Assembly: GCA_030704615.1 (NCBI GenBank)
Contig: CM060734.1
Span: forward strand, 63,550,001-63,614,000
Source: Takakia lepidozioides
Taxonomy: Eukaryota; Plantae; Bryophyta
Direction: 5' to 3'
Length of the DNA: 64,000 nt
Part shown: one piece after another, positions 50,194-63,900 of the stretch
How positions within the stretch are numbered: position 1 is the first letter of the stretch
Layout of the letters: each line of letters opens with the position of its first letter
The notes under the pieces: generated by a model
The model's database searches: none
Seen by the model: the letters and a program-made list of their open reading frames with translations, nothing else
What the model was told of the DNA's origin: nothing
Program-made: the position numbers and the translations under genes

Positions 50194-50859
50194 CGAACCT
50201 CTTTTTGAAGGTGGGGCATATAAGTTTTCCAACTAGGGGTTGAGACTTGACCCTATGTTTGTGAGTGCTTTGAGCGCATGCTTGCCCATAGTGAGCAAGA
50301 TTTTTGTCGCTAAACAAGGAGGAGCAAACATAAAAAAGCTTACGGTTGGAGCGAAAGTGCCTCATTCTTCAATTAGAGAACCTTATCTCGTGAGGGCGAG
50401 AGTCCTTGCATAAGACATAATAGTCTTATAGCATCCCTTTAGGCACGATAGGCGCACTTTGTATGCATTTGTCTTGGTTTTCGTTGCATTTGTATTTGGG
50501 TCCGAACCGGCCCCCCTTAAAATTTACTGTTTTTTTCCAGTATTTTTTCTACTTTTTGTTACCTTTGCAAGCCTTTGTTGACCACCTTGAACCCTAAACC
50601 CTAAACCCTTGGACCTGCAATTTGATGGGGTCATAGCCACTCCACTTTTGATTTGGAAATGGTGGGTCTTGGGGCAAGCAAAATTGGATAAAGCTAGGTT
50701 TTAATTTGGTCAAACCAATTTTTTTCTCACTTTTTCTTTGGGACCTGATATTTGAGGTCTGGGCCAACGGTATAATCTCACAATTGCCACGGTGCAAAGC
50801 CCCTACCCTCCCAGGTGTGCTGGGTAGCATTGTCGGTGGCTCCAAAGAAACAATCCATG

Positions 50860-51940
50860 GATCGAAGATTCTCTTTTTGCGCTTAGCATCGAAGCGAGCC
50901 TTCCTTCGCCGTTGCAACTGCCTCAATGTGCTGAGCTGCTGCTTGCCGGATTTCATCCAGTCCTTCCAACATCTCGAGTCGTTCCTTTAATGACTCTGAT
51001 TGTCGCCAATCGTTCGGTAATGGCCAATCGTAGAGATGGGATTTCTGTCTCGATTGGCATGATGAACTCTACCCCATAAACCAATGAAAAGGGGGTATGT
51101 CGAGTAGTTACCTTATGGGTTGTGCGAAATGCCCACAAGGCCGAAATTAACTTGGTGTCCCAATCCCTTTTGTGCTCCCTGATTGTCTTGGAGAGAATGT
51201 TGCACAGGGTTTGGTTGGCGCGCTCCACCTGCCCACTCGTTTGATGAAAGGGTCGCATTGTGATGCTTGATGGAGAATGCCACCTCATTTTCCTCGATGA
51301 TGTCCGTTGATGAAGTGAGATCCTCTGTCACTCACTATCTCTTTTGGGCATCCGAATCGGGAACTGATATATTCTAAATGAAAGAGGCGTTACCTTTGCG
51401 TTGGCTCTCTTAACCGCTTTGGCTTCTGCCCACTTGGTCAGATATCTATGGCTATAATGATGTAGCGATTTTGTCGACTCGATGCAGGGTGCACTTCCCC
51501 TACATAGTCGATCCCCCCCCACTTCTCAAACGAGCAAGGGGGAGAGTGGGATAACGGCATTCCGAGCCTGTTATTTCGCTTGGCGTTACCTTTGACAAGA
51601 GTCGCATTTTCGCAACATGCATGTGCGCATCTTTGAACATGGGAGGGCCAGTAGTATCCTACCCTCAAAGCCTTTTGCACTGTGAGCCGCCCTGCAAAGC
51701 GTCCTCCGCACATGCTATCATGGGCTGACTCTAAAATCTGGGAACCTCCTCCGGGGTGATGCATCGGCTCAAGAGTCTATCCAATCCCCTTCTATAAAAT
51801 TGCCCTCCCACAAGAGCAAACTTCATGTTGCGCAGTCGAAGCCTTCATCGCGCATGTCGATCCAATCTCGGGGAAATTCCAGGGTGCTTAAATACTGAGC
51901 TAAGTGTTCATGGACTCTGCTCATTTTTGGTATTGCATGC
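50860..51940 (-). mobile_element. Heavily decayed non-chromovirus Ty3/Gypsy (Athila/Tat-like) integrase fragment
   Basis: AHDSMCGG..GYYWP, FEKWGGIDYVG, YLTKWAEAKA, QTSGQVERAN, WDTKLISALWAFRT and TPFSLVYG across several frames. Confidence 0.85.
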
Positions 51941-53142
51941 ATAAATGAGCTAGGCCCACTGCTATATGGCTGGAATCTCTGGATGATTTTTGGTAGGTTT
52001 CTAGGGGCAATTTACTGCAGCTGGGTACCAAAAATTGGTAAAAAATCAAGAAAGGGCTTGGGAACTTAAAGGTTAAATAAGGTAGAGGTATTTAATTCAG
52101 ACCTAAAATCTTTCACGATGAGTACAAATTAATTTTGAAAATGTCCACCACCTTGACATAAAAACTTGCGTCGGTTCTAAGTCACCTAACAAAAAACTTC
52201 GAAACCTTATGATTTTTGAATCCACGCATTTTTGCTGCATTGGAATCCACTTTAATTTGCTAACAAAATATACAAAAACTTGACCATTCTAATAGTAGTA
52301 ACTATGCCCAGTGATTAATATATCACTTATTTTGGTACGATCACCTTACTTTTGACAACAGCAAAAAATTAGGTTTCACTTCAATCACAAAATCGGAAAC
52401 TATGCTCAATTTTCGAACGATTTCCATTGTGGAATGTCTCACGGACGAGAGACAGAGCGTGATACTGCATATGAGGACTCCTGCCTAAGTCGCCGAGCAC
52501 AGCCGCTCTCCCGCCTTTGACTGGTCCGCTTGCGCTTCCCGAACAACGATCGAAACGAAAGCCACGATCAAGATCCGCATCTCCTCCTCCATGGCCCTAT
52601 GCACGGACAGCTAGGGTTGCAAGAACCCCTATGCAATCGGAGATGGGGAATTGAGCAATAAATGCTTGGAGAGGAAATGTTGGGGTGACAGAAACGAAAT
52701 ACATGAAAATGTGGCGTGTGATTGCAGTGGAGAATCAAAACAAAAACAAATGAAAAACAGGAGAGGAACGCAAAGATTGCAAGGTGGTATGGAATTGGAA
52801 AGAAGAGCACCGACTAAAAACCTTGAAGCGGAGTTTCCCTTGCAACGCAGAGACAGAACTTCTCCAGTCAGCAAGTGGAGGCCCCGTTTCCTGACATGCA
52901 CGAGGTGGCGGTGCCCCGTTATGAGATCTGCGATTTGCCGGTTTAGCCGGGCTCTAAGAAAATTGAAGGGCAGCCCGCCCCTGCATGCAGCCCGGCTCCA
53001 AAATGTAAAAATCACCCAGCTATTTGTGCAACTTTGTAGGTCACTATATATCAATGTCTTACATTAAATTTTTTGACTTGTACATTACTAGTGCATAGTG
53101 ACACAAATAAGGTGAACTCTAAATAATGGTTTTCATCTTTTA

Positions 53143-53501
53143 CTCCCTTTGTTCCGAAATAAAAAGCACTTTTGATTTTCTCATGTATTTGTACCTCTTC
53201 ATATATTTGTATTCTTCACGTATTTGTATTTATTCTTTTATTTTATTTTATTTTATTGTTTTTTCTTAAAAAAGGGGAACACCTGGGGGGCGACAGCTCA
53301 CAAATCAGGCCCCTTAACAGTGAGAGGAGAAAATAACCTCTTTCCGCCAGGACCAGGAACCGGGGAGAAGTGTATGCCACACCCGTCAGTAGCAAGATTC
53401 GACCCCAGAATCGCCTCGGTCGCACTTAGTGCACTTAGCCAACTGAGCTACCGACTGTTGGTTTTTAATTTCAAAATGGTAAATCACAAAAAATCAAAAG
53501 T
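53143..53501. mobile_element. Stowaway/mariner-like MITE remnant interrupted by a SINE
   Basis: TA|CTCCCTTTGTTCCGAAATAA left end. Internal CACTTTTGATTTT is inverted as AAAATCAAAAGTG at ~53489-53501. The right terminus is missing. Confidence 0.5.
53225..53459 (-). mobile_element. tRNA-derived SINE
   Basis: On the minus strand: A-box TAGCTCAGTTGG (53450-53439), B-box-like GGGTCGAATC (53405-53396), a ~130-nt body and an A-rich (AATAA)n tail. No intact cloverleaf. Confidence 0.75.
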
Positions 53502-54049
53502 GATCGCGGAAATCACTGCAGAGAAGCCACCCTAAGGAATCTGATACTCAGAGTGCCTGCACATCTTCCAATGATATGAAAAACTCTGGTCTACAACTCC
53601 TAGTAGAAGTCTATCTTAACGCTATTTGGTTCACTGACTCACCGCCAAGTGTAGCCAAAACACAACTTCAAGAATATTCACACCTAATCTCAATTCTCAA
53701 TGGCACCTGATGCCCAGTGCACTACAACACACAACCACGCCTTGGTGTTGAACCAATTGACCTGCCGACTCCCCTGGAAACAAAATTATTCTGGAATATC
53801 CTGCAAACATGTCACACCATCGTATCATGCAGTGTAACACAAAGCTGATGAACTCATTGATTGGTTCATGAAAACATACTTGTCATTAATTTGTGTCCCT
53901 TTTTCACAGGTTCTTGAAGTTGGTCCATGGTTGAATACAGAAGCAGTCTAACTTAGTAGTATACTTCTATAGCGTGGAAAGGTGTGACAGCAACAAGAGA
54001 ATATAGAAATGTCACCAAACACAAAAAAATAGAGCCAGTATCCCAATGA

Positions 54050-57000
54050 ATCTCACCTTCTCAATACTCCTTGATAGAACGTAAGAAATCACATAACACA
54101 CGGTCAAACAAATCCTCCGCTCTCTACCTGTCCAATATAGCCAATTAAACGATTATCTTGGCATTCAGATTGGAGTTTAGCTGGCTTCTTTGCAGGATAG
54201 GCAACTACCAAGCTGATGCAACCATCTTTGCATGCGGCAAGCACCCTCGTTTTGGACTCGGAACTATTCTTGTACATCTGTTCCGGATCTGTAGTTGCCA
54301 CTGCTCTAGCCCACCGCACCTCAGATCGCAGCTTCAGTTGACAGAAGACGGGAATCTTCAAATTCCCAAGTCTCACAACAAAAAGAACATCAGCTCCAGA
54401 TCTGTCGTCAAAAATGAGGCATGGCGGACGAGATTTCTCTTCAGCATCAAGAAATTTACTTACGGTGTGGATCCTATATGACTCCCTCCACACTCCTTCA
54501 CCTTCACCGGTAATCGTTGGCTTGTCCCTTGCGAATTTTGGAGGCAGGGTTGCATCCTTGAAACAGCACATATCGGCCAACAATTTTGTGCCGTCAAACA
54601 GCTTGGCCACATGAACTGTGAAAAGTTTCTCCCATGCCTACCCATTGCACTGGGATCATCCTTGCAATCAACCATGTAGTCTTTGAGTGATTTCTCAAAT
54701 GAATGGTTGTTCGTCAAGTAGTTTCATGATGCTATGATGGACTGTCGGTTCGACTATAGAGAAAGTGAATTGGGAACCTGTTGAATGGTGTAGCTGTCCA
54801 AGGCCACACTCGAGCAAAGTCATATCTCCGTCCGTTGGAAACGGTATGTTCTCCCCTCCCCTCCCTGCATAGGCAAAGGAGGTTCCTATTCTTTGCACCA
54901 GGAAGCACCATTGAATGATTCTTCTTTCAGGACAAATGTGCCTTTTGCTCCACACAGAGCGCTCACAGCATAATAAATGGAAGTGCTGTCATTGGTGTCG
55001 CTTGTGATCTCCTTGAAATAGTTGTCTACTACGGTTATATCCCATCTTCCTCCAGCCTTCCTCAGAAGGCGCTCGACACAACTTACCAAACACCTTCGAC
55101 GGCCTCTGAACTTTTCCAGCAGATACTGGGCATTGTCCTCCATATGATCATCCTCTAGCTTCAGGTACTCGCTGCAGAATTTCAGAACCTGACGCACATC
55201 TGTCCATGAAGAAAATGGAGCAGAAGAAAATTGAACCGGGCCACCACCCCCTTCTTTTGCAATCAGCGAACCTATGTCCGCTTCCAGCTTCAAAAAGCTG
55301 ACACCTGTACCAGCAACAAATACTTTCTGCTTTGGCAACGATGTAGATGGCCCCACTAGGGCTTTGATCAACGGAGAAAAAATGGACCTTAGCTCTTTCG
55401 TCTCGGGGATTCGTAGTCATTTACATTTGTCCTTCCCAACACCTGCGCTTCATCCAGAACTACAGTGAAAGTGCCAACCTTCCCCTCTAAATCCGTCCAC
55501 AGTTTTTTTATCCTAGCATTTAGCCCCTCTGAATCTTCCAGGGAAGTAACCACATCAAAAAGTTCCCGAGTAAGCACATCATATAGATCGTTACGATCTG
55601 CACCAAGGAAAGCACGGAATTGCACCTGGAGCATGAGCCATCGCAGAGGACTCAAATCAGGAATTTCTTGGTGACAAAATTCCAAGATTAACAACCTTGA
55701 AAGAATGGCACACCTCATACGTTTCATCACATTCCTGTGATTCATTGCCTTATCGACCTCTATCTCGTGAGAACTCACAGAGGCGACATCATCTGACCCA
55801 CCGTTTCCTTTGGTTTTAGCTGTCCAAAAAAACCCCACTTCTCTGCAAGCAGCTCGTAAAGAAACCGAGTTTTCCCACTCCCACTCACTCCAACAACTGG
55901 CACAACACCAGTCGAGCCATCATTCGCTCGTTCCCACAAATCACCAACATCTTCAGTCCAACGAGCAGTTAATTTATCCAGTAAAATGCTTGGATAACCA
56001 CGGTGGTCGATGGCACACCGTTCTGTATAGACAAATTGCACCCCATCTTTTTGAACGTGTCCAAAAACTCAGAAAATTTCAATTTCCATTCTTGCATAAC
56101 CACCTTCACTGATTCTGTAAGCAAAACCCACACACTTTCCGTCACTCCTGACAGATCCATGTATCTGAAGAAAAATAAGAGCATCCTATCTTGCAAATAA
56201 TTGAACAATACAAAAGATACACCAACAAAGCCTATGACCAAAGAAAATGCAAAGAGAAGGGGAACATGGAAGGGAAGGCCAAGTAACAGAGTAGCTCTAC
56301 CTGAAAACCCGTTTCCAGAGGTTTTCAATCTCTTCGCAGATCTCTCTCCCCCTGCAAATATGTCAGATTTTGTCAAATTTCAAAAGATCTGCATTCATCC
56401 AAACTCTTACCATGGAATTACTGATGAAACTGCTGTTGTATGGCAGCATCCTGTAACCCTAAACCCTAAATCTGAGCACACACCTATCTCTATCAGTCAT
56501 GGAATATTCAGAAGTTTTCAATCTCTTCCCAAATCTCTCTCCCACTGCATATATGTCAGACTCCACCCATCACAGAGTATGTCCTGGCCTTGAAAGAGGC
56601 CCTCCCACACTTTACACAGTCACTTCAAGATCTCTCCTCTTGCCCATGGTGATACAAGGAGGGAGGTAGAAGGTGCTGTAGATTCTTGGGAGAGCTTCGC
56701 CACTTCTGCTGCTAATAGAGTCATGGAAGGAAACTAATTATCTGTGGTAGAGCAGTAAATTGGTGGACCCATGAGGTCAAGCTCAAGATTGCTGAGAGGC
56801 AGGCGCTCTATAAGGACTGCTGTAATATCAAAGATGAAAAAATGCTCTGGTCTAGATACTACCAACTGCGTAAAGAGGTCAATCAGCTTGTAAGGGATCA
56901 GAAGAGGCTTTACTGGGAGAAGTTGTACAGTGACATAAACTTAACCCACCATGGTCGTAATGACAAAAGATTATGGTTGGCCTTACAGCCAATCATCATA

Positions 57001-59509
57001 AGACCAACAATTGCACAACCAATACATGTACCCTACCTGGATCTTGGCAAGAACCACAACAGTGATAGACAATGTATATAGACTGGGAAAACGTAACACA
57101 CCGAAGAGAAAAGAAGACAAGAACGCAGAACACTTTAAACCTGCCCTCATCTGCCGCAATCTGACCCACCTTAAGAAAATAATAGTCCTTTAGGTCTGGA
57201 AACCTTCAAGTGCAAACCCTGTTACCTGCTGGGGGTGCTACAAAAGAATAAACCACAAGTATCAACCAACAAATCGACTTGGAATAAAAATAGAAGAGGG
57301 TGTAAGGACAGCAATCACTGTACTATTGATAACATACCAGCAGCTTCAGAGGGTTCAAAGCAAAAAACATAACGAAAAAAAAACAAACCATAAACGCTAC
57401 CAAGAAGCTGCTTGTAATGCTAAAAATATGCAAATATCTCAAGATACTAGATTCAGTTTGAAATACCCTGTCCTAACAAACAACAGTGTCTTTCAAAGGA
57501 CCCCCCTCATATTTTACTTGTTAACATGGATCTATCGAATGAATAAACTGCATGTATCAACCGTACACAGGATCACACACGGGATTGGGAGAAGCTGTTG
57601 AAACCCTGAGTGCACAACGCAGCCAAGAAACCAAAAAAATTGCAAACACTTGACTCCAAGCTACGCCCAATAGTCTTGCAAGAATTCAAATGTGCCTGCC
57701 CATCATCAGAATTGCAGACATAAAAACAAACGGGCTCAGACTGCCCTAGGCAACCCATTGACATTCACCAGACTCTCTCCATGACGCACTATCTGACACC
57801 CTAGCTAATGGGTTCTGCAGCCAAGGCAGTTTTGGTTAACTCACATAAGTCACAACATGCGCACAATTTCGGCTAGAGCTTTCTATCTTCTGAAGATGGT
57901 ACTCAAGAAATCGTAAAGGTTTGAACAACACTACTGATTCGCAGGTCACATGCATCAAAGTACTGAAGAGAGAACAGAAACTCATTCTTCACACATTGGT
58001 AGCAAACCCTACAAACTTACACTCACCAGACTCCCTCCTTGACGCACTATCTGACACCCTAAACCATCAACCATGGTTTCCATAACCAACAATCCCACAA
58101 AGAAAGTAGCCTGCGAAGACAGACACAACACCGTGCAACCAAGAAGCAAGAGACGTAACAAAAATCAGATGAAGATTTGAAACCCTAACACCCTGTACAT
58201 ACTCTTGGGATGCCATTGAGCCTGTCTAAAACTGTTGCGGTTATGGTTATGGATGCAAAAAATCCAAGAGAGCTCCAGAGACACAAAGGAAGACTCCCTC
58301 TCCCTCACAATAAAAATAGAAGTGGATGCAAGGACGGCAATCACTCACAAGTGAACTACCAAAATGACGGTTTAGAGTTAGGGTTTCAGGCCACACAACA
58401 CTTTAAACCTGCCATCATCTGCCGCAATCTGACCGACCACTGCGCTTCAAGAGATTCAGAAGGGCTTGCCCTCTGACCTTGCACGAAAAGTGCCCACAAA
58501 GGTTCACCGCCAGACATTTCCAAGAAGCAGTGCAATGCAGCAAGCTCAACAAAATGGCAACTCAAAACCATAGAACATGATCCGGCAACTTTTTCTTCAG
58601 CCATTCTCTGAGGGTAGGAGGCGCTGCCCGCAGCAATCTATCAACCAACAAAATGACTAGGAATATAAATTGGACGCTGCCATACGCTGGCTCTTATCAG
58701 ACTGCTCGACAGCTCTATGAGCAGGCTGATTAGCATCGTTCTAGAAAATACACTCTAGAGAATTACCCTGGGTGATGCCTACCTGCAGGATATTGCAGGG
58801 AAAGGAAACAAAGAGAGCTCATTCATTCATCAGGAGTAACTACAGATAACCAGATAAGGAAAAACTTAAGTAATCTACTCGATGCAACAAATAAAGACAA
58901 CCCTAGGCACTCATGAGAAATGAGGGGTTTGAACAATACTACTCATATTTGCAGCCACGCATCAAACAAACCCTAGATATGAAAAGAATCAAGAAAAGAT
59001 CCCAGCATCAGCAACCTAGGTGCCAAGAATCTACACAACCTCTGAATTACAACCAACGGCTTGCAAAAATTTATGGAGTGAAGGCAAGTGGAGCTTCTGC
59101 CTGCCTTCACAAAGTTTGCAAAGCTTTCAATAACCTTGAAACGATCTGGTGACAACAAACCCTAAGTACTTAAACCTCACTATCAGCAAACTCAGGCCGC
59201 AGAGCCCTAAGAAACTCAGACCGCCACAGGAAAACCTAAATTATCCCGATGACAAAACCCCGATGACAGGGAGAAGGGTTTACCACTGCCTTTACCTGTG
59301 TCTGTTGTTGAAGGAGCATCAACCTGCTTAAAGGTATAGTCTCCTGGGTCCAAGGAATCGCTCCCAAGCAGCAGAACTCCCTCTTGATCAAACAAATCCC
59401 CATTACGCCGTAGAGCATTCAAAACATCCGCAGCTGTCTTAGGAGCGCGGAGCTTGGCAATCTCAGAGCCGCCTTCTTGAATGAAAATGAGATCCCGCCT
59501 TGTGCCCAT
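54050..59509 (-). pseudogene. Crinkler-RHS (CR)-type gene: small N-terminal header exon + P-loop NTPase + PD-(D/E)xK nuclease; multiple frameshifts
   Basis: Header exon 59509-59296 (GDLFDQEGVLLLGSDSLDPGDYTF); Walker A VGVSGSGKTR; WGFFWTA; Walker B VVLDEAQ; VAGTG; FRGRRR; REase-like GADVLFVV...VFCQLK. At least four frame changes in 54100-56160. Confidence 0.72.
56560..56990 (+). mobile_element. Older internal fragment of the same LINE family inside a CR gene intron
   Basis: DSWESF...[39 protein letters not shown] is homologous to 26950-27270. Confidence 0.85.
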
Positions 59510-62315
59510 GAGTTGCTATCAGACTAGCACTGCGTCGGGAAGGAACTCCGCGAACGCAAGGTGTAAAGAAAGAAAGACGGGCACAGATCGAGCGCTCAGG
59601 AGGGGAGAAATTCGCGTGAGGACCTAGAGTGTTTTTTTCCGCTCATGCTCATGCCGCTCGTGAAATAGCAGCCCCCGGTGTATCCGCCATATCTGGAGCT
59701 GTATCTTGCAGGCTGACCACCCTTGATAGTATTTTATTAAGATACACGATGGGAGAAGACCTGAATAGACAGCCCGCAATGTTAACAGCTTTTTCCCCAA
59801 GTCATCTGCCACACAAGAAGTACTCTACCATAACTACCCCAGGGCCAGAGGGACCATGAGCTCCCAAGGCACAGTTGGTACTAGCTCTAACTGAACGAAG
59901 GCAGTATCAAGATCCAAAAACTCAACGAAAACAACTAGGAGACCTTCCACTAGGAGACCTTCCTCCTTTCAAGAACCAAATAAATTAGTTTCAAACACAT
60001 CAACAAGGTCGAAGCACTTACGTGTAAGTAGAGGTTTAGCCTTAATGCAACTCCTGTCGCTCAATTCATCCGCCAATCCGCTCCTGTCTCAATCGAAACG
60101 CTCTGCACTAGTGTTCCTGCACCAGATGCTGCACATTAATATTCTCTCATTCACATCAGATTAACAGAGTTGCAATGTCCTCTCAATGTCTCCATCGTTC
60201 CAAAACTTCGCCACTCTTATATGGGTGCGCATGCAAGGATGGAGTTATCTTGATATGGTGCAAAAAATCCTTCACAGCCAATGCAGATAATACTGCTCGT
60301 TCATTGCAAATGAAATTAGCTAGCTAATGAGAAGCAACGGTCTGTGAAAAGATAAATTAACCTACTCTAGCTTCATTGTTCTCTGAATAAGGTAGTCAAG
60401 ACTATGCGGATTATCTATCTCATAGAAAACGGAAGAGAGGAAGATTTTTCTCTGGTACCGGAGTCCGCAAAACTCCTTCAAATGTCGAAAGTCTCCTCTC
60501 CCTCTCTGCTACAGTCGCGATTGAGCGGGCTCACAAAATACATTGAGGTGAAGTAATTCGTTGTGCAGATCAATGCTATCAATCGGAGTAATGGATGGAC
60601 AAACCAGGCTCAGTTCCTGAAAGAAGCTAATATCAAGCCACAGCAAGAGCGGTATATCAGTACAGGCTAGCCGAGCTTTTGACAACATTCCATCTCCTCC
60701 AAACAGGCTCAGAATTGTGTAAGCAATTAGAATGCAAGCAACAGAGGTACACAGGCTCAAAGATTACGAGACACAGTAGAGCGAGAGAGAGAGAGCGAGG
60801 AAACAATGAAAAATGAAGACCACTTGGGGGATTGTGATGCGCCCCCCAAAACCTAAATTAAAACAGCATGTCATGACCGTCCGTTCTTACCCTAATCCGA
60901 TCGAACGGCCAGAATCTTACATCGAAACTTCATCCAAATCTCATTCATCTGTTGACGTTTCCGTTCACGAGTTTCCGTCCAGAAGTTTCAGTCCATCCCT
61001 CGCTTTTTCGTTCACTTTGACATTAACTCATAACGTATGCCATTCAACATTGTGCATGTATAAATTTGGTTTACACTAGACATGGAGTTAAATGCGCGAG
61101 ACCAGACCGTGGGCCCTCCTTGCCTGAGCCCTGCGCCCGTGCGCTGCCGGAGTCCGCCTGTCAAATCCCCACCCCCCGGCCCCACCCCCACCCCGTCCGC
61201 CCCGCACCCAGCCTGGGCCCCCGCCCGCTCCCCCTCCACTCCATTGAGCCTCTGCTCCCATGGCATGTTGGTGTGTTGCTGGAGCATAGCAGCTTTGTCG
61301 AGATTATCGCCGTGTTGGGGCAACCAGAGGCACGATTTGTGAAGGCGCAAACAAATGTTGAACCACCAAGTACTGCTGTGAAGGGCCGTCTTCCGAGGAG
61401 TACAAACCCCGTTGCCAGTGTTGTGCGGGTATCTAGAGGGCCACCCGAGCTTACACTGTGCAATGCCAGTGGCCGAAAGAGGTCAAGAAGGTCGTTGCAG
61501 TGCGGATGTGTTTTGGTCAGTATAGTGCTTTATCTTATGCAGGGAGGGAGGGTGGAGGAGCAACCTCTTTCACAGCGCGGCACTGTTTTTAGAAGAAATC
61601 CAAGGAAGCGAGTCATGACGACTGAGGTGAGAAACGCTGGAGCAGTCGAGCGGCAACACAGGGGTGGTGTCTTTGGATAGGCTTGACGCAGTTAGGGCAG
61701 TATGCTGAAGATGGTTTGTCTCTGTCGTGTCATACTTCCAGAGCTGATAGAAAAGGGGCGGGTGGGAGAACTCCCATCTCCAGACAACGAAACTTGAAGA
61801 TGTTGTGTTAAGAATCGTAAAAATAGCAGGAATTCACAGCAGCGCAGAAGCCTGCTGGCGGTGCACTGAGAAACATGTCAAATATACTGGCAAAATTTGA
61901 AAGCAAACGAGCCTTACGCAGGCAGGTGGGATAGCATCCTTGAGACGGGGAACGATGGCCCCTGCAAGAAAGTGAGTGGCGAGTAGTCGTAGAGGGCAGA
62001 AACCTGGAAATCGTCTTTTAAATGATTGAATGGTAACTTGAAAGTTGCGCAAGAAGGAGGTGAATCCTGTGAGGAGGGGGAGGAGAGGTAAAGCAACGAG
62101 AGAGCAGCTTGGAGATGCGCAAGCTATGAGGCACGCTATGGCGGCGATTGTAGTTAAGATCGTAACTATAGAGGAGCTGCTAATGTATGTGGTAATAATA
62201 GTGAGAAAAATGAGGAGTTGTCGGAACCCTATGGAATTAGCCATGGTTAAGGATTTTAGGATAATCTGGCGACGGGAGGGCGGAGCTCCGCCCTCCTTTG
62301 GGATCGGGTACAATG

Positions 62316-63900
62316 TCGACCAATTTTGAAATAAAGCAATTTTAATGAATTTTAATTCAATAATTAGACTTGGAATGTCTGTGATCGTTGGTTTCGGCCA
62401 CGCAATGATTTTGTTTCTGGGGCAATTTTGTTCTCTGCATTCAGCCCTCAGACCTGTGCGTTTGTGCCAAAATTCGAACCAAACAAAAATGAAAAACAAT
62501 AAAACAAAAAAAACAAAATGTTCGCTTTGCTCACTATTCTAGAACTCTCTATGAAGAGTGATGGAAGTTGAAGACAAATTCACTTTGGAGGGCAAACGGG
62601 TGGCGAAATTGCGGTTCTTCGTCCAAATGACTTTTGATCGCTCCAAAATTTTGCACGCACGTTGCATATAGTCTCCCTGCGCCAGTGCTTTGAGAATAGG
62701 GCATTGCGAGCGGGCGAAACGCGGCCCAACCAGCCCCGCAGTCCATAGGGATGGAAAATAATGCATTCGAAGGGGAAACGGATGGTTGCCCGTGCGAATG
62801 ATTTTGTTTGCTTTCAAACTTTGTCAGTGTGTTTGGTGCCCTGTCTTGCATGTCTCAAACGACCACGACAACAATCCAAATTCGTTCGATGGCCCAACAG
62901 ACGGTTGCCCGTCCACATTCCCTCGACATCTTCAATATACCGTGTCACGGGTCCCTGAGGAATATGAGAGGAAACGAAATTTGTTCGATGGGCCAACGGC
63001 GCGTTCAAAGCTCATCCAGATTTGTTCATTGCGAAAAAAAAAACCTCTCATGGGTGAACGGTCGGTGCACCTATTCAACGGATGTGGTTCACGCACAACT
63101 TTGTCCCGCATGTGCTTCAGTACGTGTCCAACACATGCCCTCAGATTCAAGAGGGAAACAAACCATTAGGCCCCCGAACGATGTAGTCCCCCTTCGACCA
63201 ATTTTGAAATAAATCGATTCTAATGAATTTTAATTCAATAATTGGTCTTGGAATGTTTGTGATCGCCAGTTTCGGCAATGCAATGATTTTGTTTCTAGGT
63301 CAATTTTGTTCTCTGCATTCAACCTTCACACCTGTGTGCCCGTGCCAAAATTCGGACAAAAAATAAATAAAAATAAAAATCGCTTCGCTCACTATTCTAG
63401 AACTTTATATGAAGAGTGATGGAAGTTGAAGACAAATACACTTTGGAGGGCAAACGGGTGGCGAAAATTGTTGTTCTGCGTCGAAATGACTTTTGATCGT
63501 CTCCAAATTTTGCACGCACGTTGCATATGGTCTCCCTGCGCCAGTGCTTTGAGAATCGGACCGAAAAAAAATCACAAGCGGACAAAACACGGCCCAACAA
63601 ACCCCGTAGTCCCAGGGTATGGAAAGCAATGCATTCGATGGGGAAATGGATGGTTGCCCGTGCGAATGATTTTTGTTTGTTTTCATACTTTGCCAGTGTG
63701 TTTGGTGCCCTGTCTTGCACGTCCCGGACGACCACGCCATCAATCCAAATTTGTTCCATGGCCCAACGGATGGTTGCCCGTCCACATGACTTCCGTTTGC
63801 TCTCAAACTTTGCCAGTATGTTCGACATGCCATAAGAAGCGTCCCAATGTGATATCACATGAGACAAAATTCGTTCGACGGGCCAACGGATGGATAGCTA
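62316..63900. repeat. Diverged tandem duplication (~860-880-bp period) with internal TTCGATGGGCCAACGG-type subrepeats
   Basis: TCGACCAATTTTGAAATAAA at 62316 and 63195; GCTCACTATTCTAGAACT at ~62529 and ~63387. Homology continues for ~600 bp. Confidence 0.85.

Noticed and set aside
51950-53100. CACTA or Harbinger element
   Set aside because: CACTG/TAGTG-like words are present, but no matching TIR pair or TSD was found.
53380-53459. tRNA gene
   Set aside because: A and B boxes are present, but there is no complete cloverleaf or acceptor stem, and a body plus A-rich tail follow, so it is a SINE.
61012-62542. ORFs of 100-220 aa as protein-coding genes
   Set aside because: Low complexity, overlapping on both strands, with no recognisable motifs or consistent splice structure.
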